Below are positions 36,563 to 43,543 of a stretch of DNA of 43,543 nucleotides, piece after piece (within the stretch, counting starts at the first letter, position 1; each line of letters starts with the position of its first letter). Source of the DNA: a virus. The translations under genes and the position numbers were made by a program. The notes beneath the pieces are model-generated. The model saw nothing but the letters and a program-made list of their open reading frames with translations, did no database searches and was not told the DNA's origin. The stretch lies in the UHGV virus genome UHGV-0074709; one strand, given 5' to 3'.

Positions 36563-37723
36563 ATGGTAGATATAAGAACAGTTACATTGCCGGCACTTTG
36601 GGCTGATGACGCTATAACCGAAATCCCTACCCCACCGATAGCAAATACGACCTACCGCAACACGGACTTGGGTTCAACCGAATTGCTGGCAGGCTGGCCG
36701 TATCAAAAAATTGTTGACTCTGCCGACTTCAACCAGACGTTGTGGCTTATATCAAACCTTGTCAAATCTTGCGAGCAATACGGCATTATGCCTTGGTGCG
36801 CCTCAACGACCTACAAACAAAACGGAATTTGCCTTGCCTCAAACGGAATTTTCTACTGGGCGAAAAAGGAAAACACTGGCGTAAATCCGGTAAATGATTC
36901 CGGTATGACAAACTGGGGCGTATTCCTAGACCCGGGAGATAACTTTGTTACGGAAACGGTTTTAACGAGCCAAATAAACCTATGCGAAAAGCTGGCAAAC
37001 AAGACACAAACGTTGTCCTCTTCATCCACCTCAACTCAATATCCGAGCGCCAAAGCCGTATATGATAATATCAACAACCTGCAGAACAGCAAACAGAACA
37101 ACATAACCGGCGGCGCAAGCACAATTACAAGTGCAAATTTGACCGCTGATAGAGTTTTGGTTAGTAGTGATAGTGGTAAAGTTGATACGGCGCTTAATAT
37201 TACACGTAATGAACTAAATATGCTTGACGGCGTGACCTCAAATATCCAAAGCCAGCTTAACGGTAAACAGGCATCCGGCTCTTATATGACCCTTTCCGGA
37301 AACCAGACCGCGGGCGGAATAAAGACATTTTCAGGGCAGATAATCCGTTCAGCAACACCAGGAGCAAGCGACAATTCAAACCAAGTTCCAAATACCGCTT
37401 GGGTCAACAGTCGCATAACGTCTATTATGAATAGTCGGAGCGGAGTTGAACAACCGAATTATGCAACGTTTCATGGCTTAATAACTTCAAGTTCTGGTAG
37501 TGAACAGTCAACAACCGCACCAAGTAAAGGCTGGATTTTCGCTCGTATGCAGTTAGATAATAACACAACCAGAACTGTATCCGTAAACGGCAAGGAAATA
37601 ATCAGCGTCAGAAGTGGCGCTGATTATTTGAACGGCAATGAATGTGGCGCTTGTTTCCCCGTCAATTCCGGCGATACTATCTCTTGTTTTAGAGCCACTA
37701 TTTATTTTTGCTCAAATTATTAA
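36563..37723 (+). CDS. Tail fibre: constant N-terminal region (aa 1-288) fused to the currently expressed cassette A (37427-37723)
   Basis: Follows the baseplate genes; GW...FN N-terminus; recombination site S1 encodes RITSIMN at the junction. Confidence 0.92.
   Translation: MVDIRTVTLPALWADDAITEIPTPPIANTTYRNTDLGSTELLAGWPYQKIVDSADFNQTLWLISNLVKSCEQYGIMPWCASTTYKQNGICLASNGIFYWAKKENTGVNPVNDSGMTNWGVFLDPGDNFVTETVLTSQINLCEKLANKTQTLSSSSTSTQYPSAKAVYDNINNLQNSKQNNITGGASTITSANLTADRVLVSSDSGKVDTALNITRNELNMLDGVTSNIQSQLNGKQASGSYMTLSGNQTAGGIKTFSGQIIRSATPGASDNSNQVPNTAWVNSRITSIMNSRSGVEQPNYATFHGLITSSSGSEQSTTAPSKGWIFARMQLDNNTTRTVSVNGKEIISVRSGADYLNGNECGACFPVNSGDTISCFRATIYFCSNY
37408..37435 (+). repeat. Shufflon site S1 (expression site): CAGTCGCATAA CGTCTA TTATGAATAGT
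   Basis: 16-bp core ATAACGTCTATTATGA shared by six sites; dif-like 11-6-11 layout. Confidence 0.92.
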
Positions 37724-38010
37724 ACAAGCGGGAAATAGTAGGCGGCTCCAATACCGTTTCCGGTAGTAGTAAACACAACAACATCACCTGCCGAAACGTA
37801 TAAAGGAAACGAGGCTATACCCACCATATAGTAACCGTCCACGGTTGAAACCGGTATATTATTATTATTGACTTTTATCTTGTCTATACGTGCTGAGTTA
37901 GTGTTTGATGTGGCTATAATCAAGCAGTCATAAGGTGCGGTAAACGAGGCTAAATTGGATACAGTCCCCATACTGGCATAGTTCGCTTTTCGTATTCCGG
38001 AAGTATTCAT
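37720..38010 (-). CDS. Alternative tail-fibre C-terminal cassette B
   Basis: Begins at the ATG inside S2; similar to cassettes A and D (TAP, FP..GD, YF); shares a TTAA stop with cassette A. Confidence 0.88.
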   Translation of the reverse strand: MNTSGIRKANYASMGTVSNLASFTAPYDCLIIATSNTNSARIDKIKVNNNNIPVSTVDGYYMVGIASFPLYVSAGDVVVFTTTGNGIGAAYYFPLV

Positions 38011-38029
38011 AATAGACGTTATGCGATTC
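38002..38029 (-). repeat. Shufflon site S2: GAATCGCATAA CGTCTA TTATGAATACT
   Basis: Inverted copy of S1. Confidence 0.92.
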
Positions 38030-38032
38030 GTA

Positions 38033-38060
38033 TTGACTACAACCGAAAACCGGTTAATAT
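38033..38060 (+). promoter_or_regulatory. Candidate promoter for the 38097 gene
   Basis: TTGACT-16-TAATAT with AACCG/CGGTT dyads. Confidence 0.45.
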
Positions 38061-38096
38061 AAAAACGGTTGCAACCAAAAATAGGAGTTTAAACTT

Positions 38097-38636
38097 ATGA
38101 CTGATGAAGTTATTGAAACGGCGGAAAATGTAGCCGCGCCGGAATATCCAAAACATACGGAGTGGGCGGATTTTGATATTGTCAATGGCAAAGTTGCCGT
38201 GATGAAACTTAACAAGCCCTATACGGAATATGACGTATCGTTTGAAGACCATTTTAACGGCAGCGATGAATATAAAACAGAAGAACGTTATGCACTTTAT
38301 ACGGCTTGTGCGATTGAGTGCAATAAAAACGGCGGCGAATATACGATTGACTGCTGGAAAAACCGCTACACGGTGCGAAAAGTTGCCGATATTGAGAAAA
38401 TCCACTACGAGAGTATGACGGATGAAGAAAAGGCAAAATATGACGCAGACAAGAAAAAAAACGACCTTGAAAACGAAAAAAGCGAACTTAACGGCAAACT
38501 TAGGGCGCTGGACTATATCGGCGTTAAAATTGCCACCGGCAGAGCTACGGCAGAAGAATACGCCTCGCAAATTGAGAATATGAAAAGTTATGCACAACGT
38601 ATAAATGAGATTGACAAAGAACTTTCGACGTTATAA
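38097..38636 (+). CDS. Probable tail-fibre assembly/chaperone protein
   Basis: AGGAG RBS; C-terminal L..LDYIGVKIA...R..INE pattern; position in the fibre locus. Confidence 0.7.
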   Translation: MTDEVIETAENVAAPEYPKHTEWADFDIVNGKVAVMKLNKPYTEYDVSFEDHFNGSDEYKTEERYALYTACAIECNKNGGEYTIDCWKNRYTVRKVADIEKIHYESMTDEEKAKYDADKKKNDLENEKSELNGKLRALDYIGVKIATGRATAEEYASQIENMKSYAQRINEIDKELSTL

Positions 38637-38700
38637 ATAATACTTGTTGAAATTGAATGTCAATTCACATCCTTTTAAATAGTTAGTGTTTATACAAGGG

Positions 38701-38733
38701 CAAGGCAGCTGTCAGGTGGCTGCCTTGTTTTTT
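38701..38733. terminator. Rho-independent terminator between convergent genes
   Basis: CAAGGCAGC-9-GCTGCCTTG followed by T6. Confidence 0.75.
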
Positions 38734-38763
38734 ATTGTCCTTTTATCGCTGTTGATTAAATGC

Positions 38764-39045
38764 TTAATAGCCTATTGCTGTCCAAAAATATGGGGCTGAA
38801 GATACCCCACCATAGAGATATATTGTAAAACCTGTTGTTGAAACATTATTAACCGCCGCCGCATAATTATAGCCGCTTCCTGAATTTGGCGTTATGTTTA
38901 TAGCAGGACTTTGGGTAAACGAATTTTCAAAAGTAATCGTCCGAGAAGAACTTGTTGATGTCCCCCATTGCACGATTAACCCGTTAGAAAATTTAATATA
39001 ATTGTCTCCTTTTTGGGAGGTATAACCGTACCCCACACTATTCAT
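38764..39045 (-). CDS. Alternative tail-fibre C-terminal cassette C (gp53-like domain)
   Basis: ATG inside S3; YIKFSNGLIVQWG...WTAIGY. Confidence 0.88.
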   Translation of the reverse strand: MNSVGYGYTSQKGDNYIKFSNGLIVQWGTSTSSSRTITFENSFTQSPAINITPNSGSGYNYAAAVNNVSTTGFTIYLYGGVSSAPYFWTAIGY

Positions 39046-39064
39046 AATAGACGTTATGCGCCCG
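39037..39064 (-). repeat. Shufflon site S3: CGGGCGCATAA CGTCTA TTATGAATAGT
   Basis: Copy of the core; its TAA is also the VRR-NUC stop codon. Confidence 0.92.
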
Positions 39065-39464
39065 TTTTTAAGTTCTTCACAAAATTGATAGCGTCCCCAA
39101 GCCCGCGCCAAATTGTATATTCAAAGCCGAGCGCCCGGACTTTCTGTTCAAATTCCCGTTGCGTGTCCGATTGCCGCCCGGTTGCGGTTTTTACCTCTAC
39201 AAAATAGGTTTTTCCTGCGTATAGGATAATTAAATCGGAAACACCGGAACGAACACCCTCGGCTTTAAGTTTTGCCGCAACGACCGGATTGCGCCAGCCG
39301 CCATTCGGAACGGCAAAAAAGGTAAAATCCTTGCGTGAGTTTTCCACAAGCTCTAAATACTGCACAATGGCGCATTGTATTTTGTGTTCTTCATCGTGTG
39401 GCTTTTGGCGCACGTTAAGCCCGCTTTTTTTAAGCTCCAGCGCCCAAGGGTTATTTTTTGGCAT
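39054..39464 (-). CDS. VRR-NUC nuclease (Holliday junction resolvase-like)
   Basis: EHKIQ, FAVPNGG, GVSDL and FVEVKT..GRQS..Q motifs. Confidence 0.92.
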   Translation of the reverse strand: MPKNNPWALELKKSGLNVRQKPHDEEHKIQCAIVQYLELVENSRKDFTFFAVPNGGWRNPVVAAKLKAEGVRSGVSDLIILYAGKTYFVEVKTATGRQSDTQREFEQKVRALGFEYTIWRGLGDAINFVKNLKTGA

Positions 39465-39606
39465 AATCTATCCTCTTATAAAATAAAACCCCTCTATCGT
39501 AAAATAAAGGGGCTTTGTGTAGGTATGGTTTGTTAAGATAATAATATGATGATATACTTTTTGGTTGGAACTATATGAGAAAAATTATATCGCCTCTTAT
39601 GTTATC

Positions 39607-39864
39607 CTATTTTCCCGGTTTGTCAACATCAAACAAAGAAAATTGAACTTTCTCTGCCTTTTTTAGCTTTTCTTCATCTCGGACGGTTGTGCCGATAATG
39701 AAGTCTTTAACCGTTATTAAGGTGCATAAAATCTGCTCCATAACCTCAATTTGATAAGCGGCATCCTTTTCGGATATTTTCTTAATCTCAACCCAGCGCG
39801 GGTATAACTTGCGCCTATATTCAAGCTCCCGCCGGATTGCCGCTATTTGCTCGTTAATTGTCAT
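39607..39864 (-). CDS. Hypothetical phage protein
   Basis: ATGA overlap with recT; RELEYRRKLYPRWV. Confidence 0.75.
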   Translation of the reverse strand: MTINEQIAAIRRELEYRRKLYPRWVEIKKISEKDAAYQIEVMEQILCTLITVKDFIIGTTVRDEEKLKKAEKVQFSLFDVDKPGK

Positions 39865-40781
39865 TTTTTAGCCTCGTCTTTGTTGTTTTCCGGTTGTTGC
39901 GTCTGATTAAATAACGGCTCTGGCTCTTCAAAATTAACTCCGGGCTTGCCGCTTTCTTCATCGTCAAGCTGGATATTGCCGTAGTCTATCGGCATATTTT
40001 CAAGCCCGGCAGTTAATTCTTGATTATCCACATATTCAATTTTTCCGTCTTTTTCCGCCGATTCGTCTTTGATAAACGCCGTTTGCAATTCAAGCGACAT
40101 TATACCCCACTTGCCTAAAAGTTGGCGCAACATCGTTTTAAATGCCATTTGGTCAAAATTTTTACTCCAAAAGCTCTCTTTTTTATCGGCTTTTAAGTCG
40201 TATTTATAGCTCTGCGAATAGGTTTTGGCGTGTTCTTCCATTTTGGATTTGCTCCAATAAATAGTCTTCTTAAACCCGTTCAAAAGCTCAAAATATGCCA
40301 TATATCCGATGACTTCCCGCTTTTCCCGCTCTTCTTCATCGGCAATAAAGGAAAATAAAAACTTTCCGGTGTATTTGTCGCGTCCCAAAAATTCGCCCTG
40401 CCGAACTTCCATAACGTCTAAATCCGCATATTGCCCGGAACGCAAGGCAAGCTGTATATATCCCCTGTATCCTAGCTGGAACGTTGCAACAACCCGGATT
40501 AAATTGCCTCTCTTGTCTTTTTCCTTAAAAGGCACAATGTAGTAGTAACCAAGCTGCGGACTCGGCGCAAGGTTTAGGCTTTCCCCGGTTAATCCTGCTG
40601 AAAATATGGTTGAGTGTTCGCAAGCCGCGAGCTGCGGGTTTGTTGACACAGCCGAAACAATGTGCGTAATGAATGATTGCCCGCGCTCCCCGCCTATAAC
40701 ATCGGCTACTTTTTGCTTTACAGCCGTTGTCGCCATAAATGAAGAAAAGTTGCCGCTTTTTGCCGGTTTTTGTAAACTCAT
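39861..40781 (-). CDS. recT: RecT-like ssDNA annealing protein
   Basis: LNLAPSPQLGYYYIVPF, FQLGYRGYIQLALRSGQY and W...FDQMAFKT motifs. Confidence 0.93.
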   Translation of the reverse strand: MSLQKPAKSGNFSSFMATTAVKQKVADVIGGERGQSFITHIVSAVSTNPQLAACEHSTIFSAGLTGESLNLAPSPQLGYYYIVPFKEKDKRGNLIRVVATFQLGYRGYIQLALRSGQYADLDVMEVRQGEFLGRDKYTGKFLFSFIADEEEREKREVIGYMAYFELLNGFKKTIYWSKSKMEEHAKTYSQSYKYDLKADKKESFWSKNFDQMAFKTMLRQLLGKWGIMSLELQTAFIKDESAEKDGKIEYVDNQELTAGLENMPIDYGNIQLDDEESGKPGVNFEEPEPLFNQTQQPENNKDEAKK

Positions 40782-40874
40782 TTTTTTACTCCTTTTAAAA
40801 ATGTTAGCATTGAAACATAGTTAAATATATTCAAAATTTAAATAATGTAAAGATATTTTTTTATTTTTTTAACA

Positions 40875-40902
40875 GTGGCGCATAACGTCTATTATGAATA
40901 CA
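40875..40902 (+). repeat. Shufflon site S4: GTGGCGCATAA CGTCTA TTATGAATACA
   Basis: Direct copy of S1; the left arm matches the E. coli dif XerC arm at 9/11. Confidence 0.92.
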
Positions 40903-41202
40903 AGCCGCCCCTTAAACTATGCAAGCCAAACAGCGGTTTCTTTTCCTTTAAGAACTTCAAGATATACAGCCCCGTCGCAGGGGGTTTATATGATATACGC
41001 CAAGTGGGCAGGTATAAATTCGGGTATTACTTGCTATGTGAATAATAAACCAATAGGCGCAGGTGGTAACAGCCAATCTGGTACTGCATATATAGACAAT
41101 GGCTCCAGCGCTTTTATTCCTCTAAATACTGGTGATGTATTATATTTTTCAGATAATTGCCGACAAGTTTTTTATGCTTATTTTGTGCCGTATGCGGGTT
41201 AA
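40894..41202 (+). CDS. Alternative tail-fibre C-terminal cassette D
   Basis: ATG inside S4; similar to cassettes A and B; shares a TTAA stop with cassette E. Confidence 0.88.
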   Translation: MNTSRPLNYASQTAVSFPLRTSRYTAPSQGVYMIYAKWAGINSGITCYVNNKPIGAGGNSQSGTAYIDNGSSAFIPLNTGDVLYFSDNCRQVFYAYFVPYAG

Positions 41203-41480
41203 TACCCGATAGCCAGCCATTGAAAAGCTGCTGTATCATTGTCGGTGCATTGTGTTTTAAATCCCGTTGTCGTAATTTCCCAGATAGACATTTCTTTATC
41301 AGTCGCCCCAGATGAATGTGAAGATTGATAGTTTTTAACACAAACAACAGAAGACGCGTTTGTAAAAGGTATGTTGAACGTATAAGTGATAGTAGATGAT
41401 GTAGTAACCCGTTCCTCTCCCCACTGGATAATAAGTCCGTTAAGATTTATATAACCGCTTCCCTTGGTTGTAGTATTCAT
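41199..41480 (-). CDS. Alternative tail-fibre C-terminal cassette E (gp53-like domain)
   Basis: ATG inside S5; GYINLNGLIIQWG...WLAIGY, paralogous to cassette C. Confidence 0.88.
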   Translation of the reverse strand: MNTTTKGSGYINLNGLIIQWGEERVTTSSTITYTFNIPFTNASSVVCVKNYQSSHSSGATDKEMSIWEITTTGFKTQCTDNDTAAFQWLAIGY

Positions 41481-41499
41481 AATAGACGTTATCAGACGC
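41472..41499 (-). repeat. Shufflon site S5: GCGTCTGATAA CGTCTA TTATGAATACT (degenerate left arm)
   Basis: Core conserved; outer part of the left arm divergent. Confidence 0.88.
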
Positions 41500-41505
41500 T
41501 AGGAT

Positions 41506-41907
41506 TTATGCCGTACGTTTCCAAATATTAACTGTTAAAGCCGTCCTTGTAACAGTGCCGACAATACCGGAATTATTTGCGTCTGATGTTAAACCTAGCA
41601 ATTTACTTCCTGACGGCCGCGTGCCTGCATTGCCAGATTGAACAACGCCGATATTTTTGCCGTATGCCTCACTTGTTAAGCTCGGGAAAAACCAGCCGTA
41701 CCCATTATCACCTTGCGAACAACCGAAATTTGCATCTCTGTTTGTCCAGCCCATACTTTTTCCGTTTCCTTTGATTGGGACACTTGTGTTAACGGAAGTA
41801 ATCAAAGACGAGCCTACTTTTTGCCAAGTGCCTATGCCAAGCGCTTGTAGCGGGCAGGTGCTTTGCGTACCAAAATAGAGGCTGCCGACCGGGTAAACCG
41901 TCCTCAT
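41506..41907 (-). CDS. Alternative tail-fibre C-terminal cassette F
   Basis: ATG inside S6; YPVGSLY...GTW...VNIWKRTA fibre/baseplate C-terminal motif. Confidence 0.88.
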   Translation of the reverse strand: MRTVYPVGSLYFGTQSTCPLQALGIGTWQKVGSSLITSVNTSVPIKGNGKSMGWTNRDANFGCSQGDNGYGWFFPSLTSEAYGKNIGVVQSGNAGTRPSGSKLLGLTSDANNSGIVGTVTRTALTVNIWKRTA

Positions 41908-41926
41908 AATAGACGTTATGCGACTG
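41899..41926 (-). repeat. Shufflon site S6: CAGTCGCATAA CGTCTA TTATGAGGACG
   Basis: 24-bp perfect inverted match to S1. Confidence 0.92.
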
Positions 41927-42012
41927 TCTGTGTATAACTTTGTTTTATGTTGAAAAATACAAATTGAGTAAATAAATTTAAGATAAAATTAACTATTTTG
42001 CGAGGGGTAACA

Positions 42013-42504
42013 ATGGAAACAAAGTTCTGTAAAAAGTGCGGAAAAGAAAAGCCCGTATCCGAGTTCATACCAGACGGACGATATAGGTGCGGGTATCAAA
42101 CGTATTGCCGAAAGTGCTGGAATGAATACCAGAAAATGCGCCGGCTTGGCAAGAGCGAGAAGAAAGTTTGCCGGACGTACGGGCGCGAGTTGCCGATTAG
42201 TGCTTTCCCGAAAGATAAAGGATATAAAAGCGGACGCAGCAATCAATGTCGGGATTGCTACAATAAGCAGCACCGCGAGGCGCTGGAAAGGCGAAAAGAG
42301 AATGGACTTTGTTTAACCGATAAGGAAAGGAAAGAAAGGCAGGCAATAGTGGGTTTTGAACAAAAGCTCGGCGGGTTTAAGGTGTCAATCTTAAATTATG
42401 CCAAAAACGGAGAATATAAATATACAGTCGCCAGCACAAAAGGCGACTTCTTTCAAACAAATTCAAAAGAAGAGTTTATCAATTTCATAAAAGAAAGGGT
42501 GTGA
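42013..42504 (+). CDS. Zinc-binding protein with repeated CxxC modules
   Basis: KFCKKCGKEKPVSEF, CRKC and CRDC motifs; GAGGGG RBS before ATG 42013. Confidence 0.75.
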   Translation: METKFCKKCGKEKPVSEFIPDGRYRCGYQTYCRKCWNEYQKMRRLGKSEKKVCRTYGRELPISAFPKDKGYKSGRSNQCRDCYNKQHREALERRKENGLCLTDKERKERQAIVGFEQKLGGFKVSILNYAKNGEYKYTVASTKGDFFQTNSKEEFINFIKERV

Positions 42505-42507
42505 AAG

Positions 42508-43065
42508 ATGATTTACGGAAGTTCGGCTTATTATCCGTTTTTTCAAAAGATTTGCCAAGAGTTTGGCTGTTCTGTTTCCGATTTGGAGAGTTCACGGCGC
42601 GGGCGACCGTATGTTCAGGCGAAAAGTGTCGCGATTCGGTTTTTAAGGCTTGCCGGGTTAAGCTATCCGCAAGTCGGGGCGATATTGGAAAAAGACCACT
42701 CAACCGTTATGCACGCAGACCGCAGGTGCCAGAGCATACCGGAATTAAACGAAATGGCACTGCAGTTTTATTTGCAGTTCCGGCAGATAGAGAATCGCGC
42801 CGATGACGACCTTATTAAACAAGAGATATTTAGGAACGAGCTTGACCGGGAAAAGATTGTTGAACTGTATAACAAAGGGTTGCCTATTGAGAAAATAGCG
42901 GCAGAGCTTGAGGCAACAGTTTATTATGTAGAAAATCATCTTAAATATATAAGGAGCGTTTACGAGGTTAAAAAAGTCCCGGATTATAAGAATCATACGA
43001 GCCGTGAAATATTTTTTCAAAAAAAATCAAAAAAAGTGTTGACAATATCAAAAAGCGTGATATAA
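42508..43065 (+). CDS. DnaA domain IV-like DNA-binding protein with a second C-terminal HTH
   Basis: LSYPQVGAILEKDHSTVMHA matches the DnaA signature; GLPIEKIAAELEAT HTH. Confidence 0.8.
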   Translation: MIYGSSAYYPFFQKICQEFGCSVSDLESSRRGRPYVQAKSVAIRFLRLAGLSYPQVGAILEKDHSTVMHADRRCQSIPELNEMALQFYLQFRQIENRADDDLIKQEIFRNELDREKIVELYNKGLPIEKIAAELEATVYYVENHLKYIRSVYEVKKVPDYKNHTSREIFFQKKSKKVLTISKSVI

Positions 43066-43073
43066 ATGACTAT
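43037..43073 (+). promoter_or_regulatory. Early sigma70 promoter with an ATATCA-N7-TGATAT dyad
   Basis: TTGACA 43039-44; TGnTATAAA; near-identical to 18690-18730(-). Confidence 0.7.
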
Positions 43074-43108
43074 GTAAACAGGGCAACACTAATTTAAAAG
43101 GAGAAAAA

Positions 43109-43339
43109 ATGTTTGAAGAAATAACAACAATTTCTGAATGCGAGGAGAAAATCGCAGAGCAAAAACGGCAAATTCGGCTTAATGAAATCGCCAACGATAG
43201 CTATTATTTAAGCAATCAGCGCAAGGAAGATGAGCAGGAATTAAATGCGCTTGAACGTCGTTTGCGCGAGCTCAAAGAACAAGAAGACGAGCCGTCTTTA
43301 CTGGACTTATGCAAGGAATTAAATGAGGTGGCACAATGA
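43109..43339 (+). CDS. Hypothetical coiled-coil protein
   Basis: AAGGAG RBS; ATGA overlap with the LRR gene. Confidence 0.75.
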   Translation: MFEEITTISECEEKIAEQKRQIRLNEIANDSYYLSNQRKEDEQELNALERRLRELKEQEDEPSLLDLCKELNEVAQ

Positions 43340-43543
43340 AACTTAAAGAATATTTGATAAAAGCCGGAATAAATTTTGAAGAGAAAGACGGAGCAATTAC
43401 CGTCGGCGGGGGGCTTTACCTAAGCGGCACGGGGATAACGAGCCTGCCGGAAAACCTGACCGTCGGCGGGTGGCTTGACCTACGCGGCACGGGGATAACG
43501 AGCCTGCCGGAAAACCTGACCGTCGGCGGGGGGCTTTACCTAA
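43336..43543 (+). CDS. Leucine-rich-repeat protein, 5' part (continues at nt 1)
   Basis: GAGGTG RBS; MKLKEYLIKAGINFEEKDGAITVGGGLYLSGTGITSLPENL... Confidence 0.85.
   Translation, partial: MKLKEYLIKAGINFEEKDGAITVGGGLYLSGTGITSLPENLTVGGWLDLRGTGITSLPENLTVGGGLYL
43399..43543 (+). repeat. 60-bp LRR repeat units (~2.4 copies) identical to those at the window start
   Basis: 43399-43543 matches 96-240; the last 60 nt equal nt 1-60. Confidence 0.93.

Noticed and set aside
39046..39111. ORF-track N-terminal extension of cassette C (38764..39111)
   Set aside because: It overlaps VRR-NUC in another frame. By analogy with the other cassettes, the unit begins at site S3 (ATG 39045).
36563..41926. Diversity-generating retroelement as the source of fibre variation
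   Set aside because: No reverse transcriptase is present and there is no TR/VR pair differing at adenines; the cassettes share only the short site.
1..43543. Integrase, invertase, CI-type repressor or tRNA genes
   Set aside because: No R-H-x-x-R-Y tyrosine recombinase or serine recombinase motif, S24 peptidase-HTH protein or cloverleaf was recognised. Absence is judged by eye and needs HMM and tRNAscan confirmation.

Overview
This window looks like an essentially complete ~43.5-kb tailed-phage genome; one LRR gene reads in frame across the end/start junction. It encodes a contractile-tail (myovirus-type) virion: TerS/TerL, portal, gpF-like head protein, DUF2213 protease/scaffold, capsid, DUF3383-type sheath, tube, tape measure, baseplate and tail fibre. 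It also has lambda-like replication genes (initiator with iterons plus DnaB), RecE/RecT-like recombination genes, two DNA methyltransferases, an endolysin and spanins. I could recognise no integrase, invertase or other site-specific recombinase. Four things stand out. (1) A tail-fibre shufflon: six 28-bp sites with dif-like architecture (..ATAA-CGTCTA-TTATGA..) each head an alternative fibre C-terminus, with no phage recombinase, suggesting host XerC/D is exploited. (2) An intein in the gpF-like head protein whose putative homing endonuclease is encoded on the antisense strand with its own RBS and promoter. (3) A C5 methyltransferase with a nested +1-frame second subunit. (4) An HNH gene inserted at the endolysin 3' end with a duplicated gene terminus. 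All family names come from motif recognition by eye, not database searches.
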